Positions 53,801-64,000 of a stretch of 64,000 bases of DNA are shown here, in pieces (position 1 is the stretch's first letter; each line of letters starts with the position of its first letter). Both the position numbers and the translations under genes were made by a program. Source of the DNA: Eledone cirrhosa (taxonomy: Eukaryota); assembly GCA_964016885.1 (NCBI GenBank), contig CAXHJY010001538.1, forward strand, positions 14,250 to 78,249. Direction: 5' to 3'. The notes beneath the pieces were generated by a model. The model did no database searches and was not told the origin of the DNA. It was given only the letters and a program-made list of their open reading frames with translations.

Positions 53801-56800
53801 GCTAATCGTCATTTTTGGATTCATTTTCTTCGAAGCACACCATTCGCCGGCGGACTTTGTTGACGTTTAACACGGTTTGGTTCCACAGCCACAACTATTG
53901 ATTTTACGGAGATATCTTGCTGAAATTCACGCCACACATAGCCAATGAGTGTCTGCACATGTACCAGTAATTACAGATCGATCCGACCACGGGCGGCCGG
54001 CCCGCGATAGAAAAGGTAAATCCGCCGGCTAATCGTCATTTTTGGATTCGTTTTCTTCGAAGCACACCATTCGCCGGCGGACTTTGTTGACGTTTAACAC
54101 GGTTTGGTTCCACAGCCACAACTATTGATTTTACGGAGATATCTGGCTGAAATTCACGCCACACATAGCCAATGAGTGTCTGCACATGTACCAGTAATTA
54201 CAGATCGATCCGACCACGGGCGGCCGGCCCGCGATTGAAAAGGTAAATCCGCCGGCTAATCGTCATTTTTGGATTCGTTTTCTTCGAAGCACACCATTCG
54301 CCGGCGGACTTTGTTGACGTTTAACACGGTTTGGTTCCACAGCCACAACTATTGATTTTACGGAGATATCTTGCTGAAATTCACGCCACACATAGCCAAT
54401 GAGTGTCTGCACATGTACCAGTAATTACAGATCGATCCGACCACGGGCGGCCGGCCCGCGATTGAAAAGGTAAATCCGCCGGCTAATCGTCATTTTTGGA
54501 TTCGTTTTCTTCGAAGCACACCATTCGCCGGCGGACTTTCTTGACGTTTAACACGGTTTGGTTCCACAGCCACAACTATTGATTTTACGGAGATATCTTG
54601 CTGAAATTCACGCCACACATAGCCAATGAGTGTCTGCACATGTACCAGTAATTACAGATCGATCCGACCACGGGCGGCCGGCCCGCGATTGAAAAGGTAA
54701 ATCCGCCGGCTAATCGTCATTTTTGGATTCGTTTTCTTCGAAGCACACCATTCGCCGGCGGACTTTGTTGACGTTTAACACGGTTTGGTTCCACAACCAC
54801 AACTATTGATTTTACGGAGATATGTTGCTGAAATTCACGCCACACATAGCCAATGAGTGTCTGCACATGTACCAGTAATTACAGATCGATCTGACCACGG
54901 ACGGCCGGCCCGCGATTGAAAAGGTAAATCCGCCGGCTAATCGTCATTTTTGGATTCATTTTCTTCGAAGCACACCATTCGCCGGCGGACTTTGTTGACG
55001 TTTAACACGGTTTGGTTCCACAGCCACAACTATTGATTTTACGGAGATATCTTGCTGAAATTCACGCCACACATAGCCAATGAGTGTCTGCACATGTACC
55101 AGTAATTACAGATCGATCCGACCACGGACGGCCGGCCCGCGATTGAAAAGGTAAATCCGCCGGCTAATCGTCATTTTTGGATTCGTTTTCTTCGAAGCAC
55201 ACCATTCGCCGGCGGACTTTGTTGACGGTTAACACGGTTTGGTTCCACAGCCACAACTATTGATTTTACGGAGATATCTTGCTGAAATTCACGCCACACA
55301 TAGCCAATGAGTGTCTGCACATGTACCAGTAATTACAGATCGATCCGACCACGGGCGGCCGGCCCGCGATTGAAAAGGTAAATCCGCCGGCTAATCGTCA
55401 TTTTTGGATTCGTTTTCTTCGAAGCACACCATTCGCCGGCGGACTTTCTTGACGTTTAACACGGTTTGGTTCCACAGCCACAACTATTGATTTTACGGAG
55501 ATATCTTGCTGAAATTCACGCCACACATAGCCAATGAGTGTCTGCACATGTACCAGTAATTACAGATCGATCCGACCACGGGCGGCCGGCCCGCGATTGA
55601 AAAGGTAAATCCGCCGGCTAATCGTCATTTTTGGATTCGTTTTCTTCGAAGCACACCATTCGCCGGCGGACTTTGTTGACGTTTAACACGGTTTGGTTCC
55701 ACAACCACAACTATTGATTTTACGGAGATATGTTGCTGAAATTCACGCCACACATAGCCAATGAGTGTCTGCACATGTACCAGTAATTACAGATCGATCT
55801 GACCACGGACGGCCGGCCCGCGATTGAAAAGGTAAATCCGCCGGCTAATCGTCATTTTTGGATTCATTTTCTTCGAAGCACACCATTCGCCGGCGGACTT
55901 TGTTGACGTTTAACACGGTTTGGTTCCACAGCCACAACTATTGATTTTACGGAGATATCTTGCTGAAATTCACGCCACACATAGCCAATGAGTGTCTGCA
56001 CATGTACCAGTAATTACAGATCGATCCGACCACGGGCGGCCGGCCCGCGATAGAAAAGGTAAATCCGCCGGCTAATCGTCATTTTTGGATTCGTTTTCTT
56101 CGAAGCACACCATTCGCCGGCGGACTTTGTTGACGTTTAACACGGTTTGGTTCCACAGCCACAACTATTGATTTTACGGAGATATCTGGCTGAAATTCAC
56201 GCCACACATAGCCAATGAGTGTCTGCACATGTACCAGTAATTACAGATCGATCCGACCACGGGCGGCCGGCCCGCGATTGAAAAGGTAAATCCGCCGGCT
56301 AATCGTCATTTTTGGATTCGTTTTCTTCGAAGCACACCATTCGCCGGCGGACTTTGTTGACGTTTAACACGGTTTGGTTCCACAACCACAACTATTGATT
56401 TTACGGAGATATGTTGCTGAAATTCACGCCACACATAGCCAATGAGTGTCTGCACATGTACCAGTAATTACAGATCGATCTGACCACGGACGGCCGGCCC
56501 GCGATTGAAAAGGTAAATCCGCCGGCTAATCGTCATTTTTGGATTCATTTTCTTCGAAGCACACCATTCGCCGGCGGACTTTGTTGACGTTTAACACGGT
56601 TTGGTTCCACAGCCACAACTATTGATTTTACGGAGATATCTTGCTGAAATTCACGCCACACATAGCCAATGAGTGTCTGCACATGTACCAGTAATTACAG
56701 ATCGATCCGACCACGGGCGGCCGGCCCGCGATAGAAAAGGTAAATCCGCCGGCTAATCGTCATTTTTGGATTCGTTTTCTTCGAAGCACACCATTCGCCG

Positions 56801-59800
56801 GCGGACTTTGTTGACGTTTAACACGGTTTGGTTCCACAGCCACAACTATTGATTTTACGGAGATATCTGGCTGAAATTCACGCCACACATAGCCAATGAG
56901 TGTCTGCACATGTACCAGTAATTACAGATCGATCCGACCACGGGCGGCCGGCCCGCGATTGAAAAGGTAAATCCGCCGGCTAATCGTCATTTTTGGATTC
57001 GTTTTCTTCGAAGCACACCATTCGCCGGCGGACTTTGTTGACGTTTAACACGGTTTGGTTCCACAGCCACAACTATTGATTTTACGGAGATATCTTGCTG
57101 AAATTCACGCCACACATAGCCAATGAGTGTCTGCACATGTACCAGTAATTACAGATCGATCCGACCACGGGCGGCCGGCCCGCGATTGAAAAGGTAAATC
57201 CGCCGGCTAATCGTCATTTTTGGATTCGTTTTCTTCGAAGCACACCATTCGCCGGCGGACTTTCTTGACGTTTAACACGGTTTGGTTCCACAGCCACAAC
57301 TATTGATTTTACGGAGATATCTTGCTGAAATTCACGCCACACATAGCCAATGAGTGTCTGCACATGTACCAGTAATTACAGATCGATCCGACCACGGGCG
57401 GCCGGCCCGCGATTGAAAAGGTAAATCCGCCGGCTAATCGTCATTTTTGGATTCGTTTTCTTCGAAGCACACCATTCGCCGGCGGACTTTGTTGACGTTT
57501 AACACGGTTTGGTTCCACAACCACAACTATTGATTTTACGGAGATATGTTGCTGAAATTCACGCCACACATAGCCAATGAGTGTCTGCACATGTACCAGT
57601 AATTACAGATCGATCTGACCACGGACGGCCGGCCCGCGATTGAAAAGGTAAATCCGCCGGCTAATCGTCATTTTTGGATTCATTTTCTTCGAAGCACACC
57701 ATTCGCCGGCGGACTTTGTTGACGTTTAACACGGTTTGGTTCCACAGCCACAACTATTGATTTTACGGAGATATCTTGCTGAAATTCACGCCACACATAG
57801 CCAATGAGTGTCTGCACATGTACCAGTAATTACAGATCGATCCGACCACGGACGGCCGGCCCGCGATTGAAAAGGTAAATCCGCCGGCTAATCGTCATTT
57901 TTGGATTCGTTTTCTTCGAAGCACACCATTCGCCGGCGGACTTTGTTGACGGTTAACACGGTTTGGTTCCACAGCCACAACTATTGATTTTACGGAGATA
58001 TCTTGCTGAAATTCACGCCACACATAGCCAATGAGTGTCTGCACATGTACCAGTAATTACAGATCGATCCGACCACGGGCGGCCGGCCCGCGATTGAAAA
58101 GGTAAATCCGCCGGCTAATCGTCATTTTTGGATTCGTTTTCTTCGAAGCACACCATTCGCCGGCGGACTTTCTTGACGTTTAACACGGTTTGGTTCCACA
58201 GCCACAACTATTGATTTTACGGAGATATCTTGCTGAAATTCACGCCACACATAGCCAATGAGTGTCTGCACATGTACCAGTAATTACAGATCGATCCGAC
58301 CACGGGCGGCCGGCCCGCGATTGAAAAGGTAAATCCGCCGGCTAATCGTCATTTTTGGATTCGTTTTCTTCGAAGCACACCATTCGCCGGCGGACTTTGT
58401 TGACGTTTAACACGGTTTGGTTCCACAACCACAACTATTGATTTTACGGAGATATGTTGCTGAAATTCACGCCACACATAGCCAATGAGTGTCTGCACAT
58501 GTACCAGTAATTACAGATCGATCTGACCACGGACGGCCGGCCCGCGATTGAAAAGGTAAATCCGCCGGCTAATCGTCATTTTTGGATTCATTTTCTTCGA
58601 AGCACACCATTCGCCGGCGGACTTTGTTGACGTTTAACACGGTTTGGTTCCACAGCCACAACTATTGATTTTACGGAGATATCTTGCTGAAATTCACGCC
58701 ACACATAGCCAATGAGTGTCTGCACATGTACCAGTAATTACAGATCGATCCGACCACGGGCGGCCGGCCCGCGATAGAAAAGGTAAATCCGCCGGCTAAT
58801 CGTCATTTTTGGATTCGTTTTCTTCGAAGCACACCATTCGCCGGCGGACTTTGTTGACGTTTAACACGGTTTGGTTCCACAGCCACAACTATTGATTTTA
58901 CGGAGATATCTGGCTGAAATTCACGCCACACATAGCCAATGAGTGTCTGCACATGTACCAGTAATTACAGATCGATCCGACCACGGGCGGCCGGCCCGCG
59001 ATTGAAAAGGTAAATCCGCCGGCTAATCGTCATTTTTGGATTCGTTTTCTTCGAAGCACACCATTCGCCGGCGGACTTTGTTGACGTTTAACACGGTTTG
59101 GTTCCACAGCCACAACTATTGATTTTACGGAGATATCTTGCTGAAATTCACGCCACACATAGCCAATGAGTGTCTGCACATGTACCAGTAATTACAGATC
59201 GATCCGACCACGGGCGGCCGGCCCGCGATTGAAAAGGTAAATCCGCCGGCTAATCGTCATTTTTGGATTCGTTTTCTTCGAAGCACACCATTCGCCGGCG
59301 GACTTTCTTGACGTTTAACACGGTTTGGTTCCACAGCCACAACTATTGATTTTACGGAGATATCTTGCTGAAATTCACGCCACACATAGCCAATGAGTGT
59401 CTGCACATGTACCAGTAATTACAGATCGATCCGACCACGGGCGGCCGGCCCGCGATTGAAAAGGTAAATCCGCCGGCTAATCGTCATTTTTGGATTCGTT
59501 TTCTTCGAAGCACACCATTCGCCGGCGGACTTTGTTGACGTTTAACACGGTTTGGTTCCACAACCACAACTATTGATTTTACGGAGATATGTTGCTGAAA
59601 TTCACGCCACACATAGCCAATGAGTGTCTGCACATGTACCAGTAATTACAGATCGATCTGACCACGGACGGCCGGCCCGCGATTGAAAAGGTAAATCCGC
59701 CGGCTAATCGTCATTTTTGGATTCATTTTCTTCGAAGCACACCATTCGCCGGCGGACTTTGTTGACGTTTAACACGGTTTGGTTCCACAGCCACAACTAT

Positions 59801-62800
59801 TGATTTTACGGAGATATCTTGCTGAAATTCACGCCACACATAGCCAATGAGTGTCTGCACATGTACCAGTAATTACAGATCGATCCGACCACGGACGGCC
59901 GGCCCGCGATTGAAAAGGTAAATCCGCCGGCTAATCGTCATTTTTGGATTCGTTTTCTTCGAAGCACACCATTCGCCGGCGGACTTTGTTGACGGTTAAC
60001 ACGGTTTGGTTCCACAGCCACAACTATTGATTTTACGGAGATATCTTGCTGAAATTCACGCCACACATAGCCAATGAGTGTCTGCACATGTACCAGTAAT
60101 TACAGATCGATCCGACCACGGGCGGCCGGCCCGCGATTGAAAAGGTAAATCCGCCGGCTAATCGTCATTTTTGGATTCGTTTTCTTCGAAGCACACCATT
60201 CGCCGGCGGACTTTCTTGACGTTTAACACGGTTTGGTTCCACAGCCACAACTATTGATTTTACGGAGATATCTTGCTGAAATTCACGCCACACATAGCCA
60301 ATGAGTGTCTGCACATGTACCAGTAATTACAGATCGATCCGACCACGGGCGGCCGGCCCGCGATTGAAAAGGTAAATCCGCCGGCTAATCGTCATTTTTG
60401 GATTCGTTTTCTTCGAAGCACACCATTCGCCGGCGGACTTTGTTGACGTTTAACACGGTTTGGTTCCACAACCACAACTATTGATTTTACGGAGATATGT
60501 TGCTGAAATTCACGCCACACATAGCCAATGAGTGTCTGCACATGTACCAGTAATTACAGATCGATCTGACCACGGACGGCCGGCCCGCGATTGAAAAGGT
60601 AAATCCGCCGGCTAATCGTCATTTTTGGATTCATTTTCTTCGAAGCACACCATTCGCCGGCGGACTTTGTTGACGTTTAACACGGTTTGGTTCCACAGCC
60701 ACAACTATTGATTTTACGGAGATATCTTGCTGAAATTCACGCCACACATAGCCAATGAGTGTCTGCACATGTACCAGTAATTACAGATCGATCCGACCAC
60801 GGGCGGCCGGCCCGCGATAGAAAAGGTAAATCCGCCGGCTAATCGTCATTTTTGGATTCGTTTTCTTCGAAGCACACCATTCGCCGGCGGACTTTGTTGA
60901 CGTTTAACACGGTTTGGTTCCACAGCCACAACTATTGATTTTACGGAGATATCTGGCTGAAATTCACGCCACACATAGCCAATGAGTGTCTGCACATGTA
61001 CCAGTAATTACAGATCGATCCGACCACGGGCGGCCGGCCCGCGATTGAAAAGGTAAATCCGCCGGCTAATCGTCATTTTTGGATTCGTTTTCTTCGAAGC
61101 ACACCATTCGCCGGCGGACTTTGTTGACGTTTAACACGGTTTGGTTCCACAGCCACAACTATTGATTTTACGGAGATATCTTGCTGAAATTCACGCCACA
61201 CATAGCCAATGAGTGTCTGCACATGTACCAGTAATTACAGATCGATCCGACCACGGGCGGCCGGCCCGCGATTGAAAAGGTAAATCCGCCGGCTAATCGT
61301 CATTTTTGGATTCGTTTTCTTCGAAGCACACCATTCGCCGGCGGACTTTGTTGACGTTTAACACGGTTTGGTTCCACAGCCACAACTATTGATTTTACGG
61401 AGATATCTTGCTGAAATTCACGCCACACATAGCCAATGAGTGTCTGCACATGTACCAGTAATTACAGATCGATCCGACCACGGGCGGCCGGCCCGCGATT
61501 GAAAAGGTAAATCCGCCGGCTAATCGTCATTTTTGGATTCGTTTTCTTCGAAGCACACCATTCGCCGGCGGACTTTCTTGACGTTTAACACGGTTTGGTT
61601 CCACAGCCACAACTATTGATTTTACGGAGATATCTTGCTGAAATTCACGCCACACATAGCCAATGAGTGTCTGCACATGTACCAGTAATTACAGATCGAT
61701 CCGACCACGGGCGGCCGGCCCGCGATTGAAAAGGTAAATCCGCCGGCTAATCGTCATTTTTGGATTCGTTTTCTTCGAAGCACACCATTCGCCGGCGGAC
61801 TTTGTTGACGTTTAACACGGTTTGGTTCCACAACCACAACTATTGATTTTACGGAGATATGTTGCTGAAATTCACGCCACACATAGCCAATGAGTGTCTG
61901 CACATGTACCAGTAATTACAGATCGATCTGACCACGGACGGCCGGCCCGCGATTGAAAAGGTAAATCCGCCGGCTAATCGTCATTTTTGGATTCATTTTC
62001 TTCGAAGCACACCATTCGCCGGCGGACTTTGTTGACGTTTAACACGGTTTGGTTCCACAGCCACAACTATTGATTTTACGGAGATATCTTGCTGAAATTC
62101 ACGCCACACATAGCCAATGAGTGTCTGCACATGTACCAGTAATTACAGATCGATCCGACCACGGACGGCCGGCCCGCGATTGAAAAGGTAAATCCGCCGG
62201 CTAATCGTCATTTTTGGATTCGTTTTCTTCGAAGCACACCATTCGCCGGCGGACTTTGTTGACGGTTAACACGGTTTGGTTCCACAGCCACAACTATTGA
62301 TTTTACGGAGATATCTTGCTGAAATTCACGCCACACATAGCCAATGAGTGTCTGCACATGTACCAGTAATTACAGATCGATCCGACCACGGGCGGCCGGC
62401 CCGCGATTGAAAAGGTAAATCCGCCGGCTAATCGTCATTTTTGGATTCGTTTTCTTCGAAGCACACCATTCGCCGGCGGACTTTCTTGACGTTTAACACG
62501 GTTTGGTTCCACAGCCACAACTATTGATTTTACGGAGATATCTTGCTGAAATTCACGCCACACATAGCCAATGAGTGTCTGCACATGTACCAGTAATTAC
62601 AGATCGATCCGACCACGGGCGGCCGGCCCGCGATTGAAAAGGTAAATCCGCCGGCTAATCGTCATTTTTGGATTCGTTTTCTTCGAAGCACACCATTCGC
62701 CGGCGGACTTTGTTGACGTTTAACACGGTTTGGTTCCACAACCACAACTATTGATTTTACGGAGATATGTTGCTGAAATTCACGCCACACATAGCCAATG

Positions 62801-64000
62801 AGTGTCTGCACATGTACCAGTAATTACAGATCGATCTGACCACGGACGGCCGGCCCGCGATTGAAAAGGTAAATCCGCCGGCTAATCGTCATTTTTGGAT
62901 TCATTTTCTTCGAAGCACACCATTCGCCGGCGGACTTTGTTGACGTTTAACACGGTTTGGTTCCACAGCCACAACTATTGATTTTACGGAGATATCTTGC
63001 TGAAATTCACGCCACACATAGCCAATGAGTGTCTGCACATGTACCAGTAATTACAGATCGATCCGACCACGGGCGGCCGGCCCGCGATAGAAAAGGTAAA
63101 TCCGCCGGCTAATCGTCATTTTTGGATTCGTTTTCTTCGAAGCACACCATTCGCCGGCGGACTTTGTTGACGTTTAACACGGTTTGGTTCCACAGCCACA
63201 ACTATTGATTTTACGGAGATATCTGGCTGAAATTCACGCCACACATAGCCAATGAGTGTCTGCACATGTACCAGTAATTACAGATCGATCCGACCACGGG
63301 CGGCCGGCCCGCGATTGAAAAGGTAAATCCGCCGGCTAATCGTCATTTTTGGATTCGTTTTCTTCGAAGCACACCATTCGCCGGCGGACTTTGTTGACGT
63401 TTAACACGGTTTGGTTCCACAGCCACAACTATTGATTTTACGGAGATATCTTGCTGAAATTCACGCCACACATAGCCAATGAGTGTCTGCACATGTACCA
63501 GTAATTACAGATCGATCCGACCACGGGCGGCCGGCCCGCGATTGAAAAGGTAAATCCGCCGGCTAATCGTCATTTTTGGATTCGTTTTCTTCGAAGCACA
63601 CCATTCGCCGGCGGACTTTCTTGACGTTTAACACGGTTTGGTTCCACAGCCACAACTATTGATTTTACGGAGATATCTTGCTGAAATTCACGCCACACAT
63701 AGCCAATGAGTGTCTGCACATGTACCAGTAATTACAGATCGATCCGACCACGGGCGGCCGGCCCGCGATTGAAAAGGTAAATCCGCCGGCTAATCGTCAT
63801 TTTTGGATTCGTTTTCTTCGAAGCACACCATTCGCCGGCGGACTTTGTTGACGTTTAACACGGTTTGGTTCCACAACCACAACTATTGATTTTACGGAGA
63901 TATGTTGCTGAAATTCACGCCACACATAGCCAATGAGTGTCTGCACATGTACCAGTAATTACAGATCGATCTGACCACGGACGGCCGGCCCGCGATTGAA
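50892..64000. repeat. 227-bp satellite HOR domain 2: 9-monomer (2,043-bp) HOR with 3-monomer and 1-monomer insertions
   Basis: The order X, T167A, T76G, consensus, G17C, X, G151A, T24G, G17C (X = G46A+C74G+C142T+G151A+G208A) starts at 50892, 53616, 56340, 58383, 60426 (one extra consensus monomer) and 62696 (truncated by the window). Confidence 0.9.

Larger units (their letters stand above)
36137..64000. repeat. 227-bp satellite array, head-to-tail; 122 complete monomers plus a 170-bp partial; open at the right edge
   Basis: TTCGCCGGCGGACTTT starts at 36137, 36364, 36591, 36818 ... 63831, and 63831-36137 = 122 x 227 exactly. Hand count of the consensus gives 110/227 G+C (~48%). I saw only substitutions between monomers. 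Confidence 0.99.

Noticed and set aside
36137-64000. CRISPR array
   Set aside because: Whole 227-bp units are repeated. There are no unique spacers, no leader and no cas genes.
36137-64000. 5S rRNA, tRNA or known snRNA tandem gene cluster
   Set aside because: I see no recognisable 5S sequence, tRNA cloverleaf, Pol III A/B/C boxes or U1-U6 sequence on either strand. An Rfam scan was not possible.
36137-64000. Protein-coding repeat in the 227-bp array
   Set aside because: 227 is not a multiple of 3, and the supplied six-frame track reports no ORF here.
1-64000. Assignment to a specific organism (for example a dipteran insect or green alga, from the TTAGG/TTTTAGG motif and lack of CpG depletion)
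   Set aside because: These hints are non-diagnostic and there is no gene to anchor taxonomy. A database search is required.

Overview
This window is entirely tandem-repeat (satellite) DNA, almost certainly eukaryotic, and I find no credible gene in it. Positions 1-36140 are an AT-rich, strand-asymmetric array of a 9-bp unit (AATTTT+NNN, mostly AATTTTAGG and AATTTTATG, containing TTAGG). It is built from a recurring variant cassette and nested higher-order duplications with periods of 13,367, about 5,308, 2,223, about 4,226 and 1,947 bp. At 36137-36140 it joins abruptly, through a 4-bp TTCG overlap plus flanking homeology, to a highly homogeneous 227-bp satellite (~48% GC, CpG-rich; 122 full copies plus one partial; no net indels) that runs off the right edge. 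SNV typing of the monomers shows two higher-order-repeat (HOR) domains that switch at about 50 kb, with recombinant monomers at the switch. All ORFs in the supplied track are by-products of the 9-bp periodicity. The most interesting observations are the chimeric junction, the possible telomeric or centromeric architecture, and the inverted-repeat and motif content of the 227-bp unit. Organism and chromosomal position cannot be determined from the sequence alone. All counts were made by hand.
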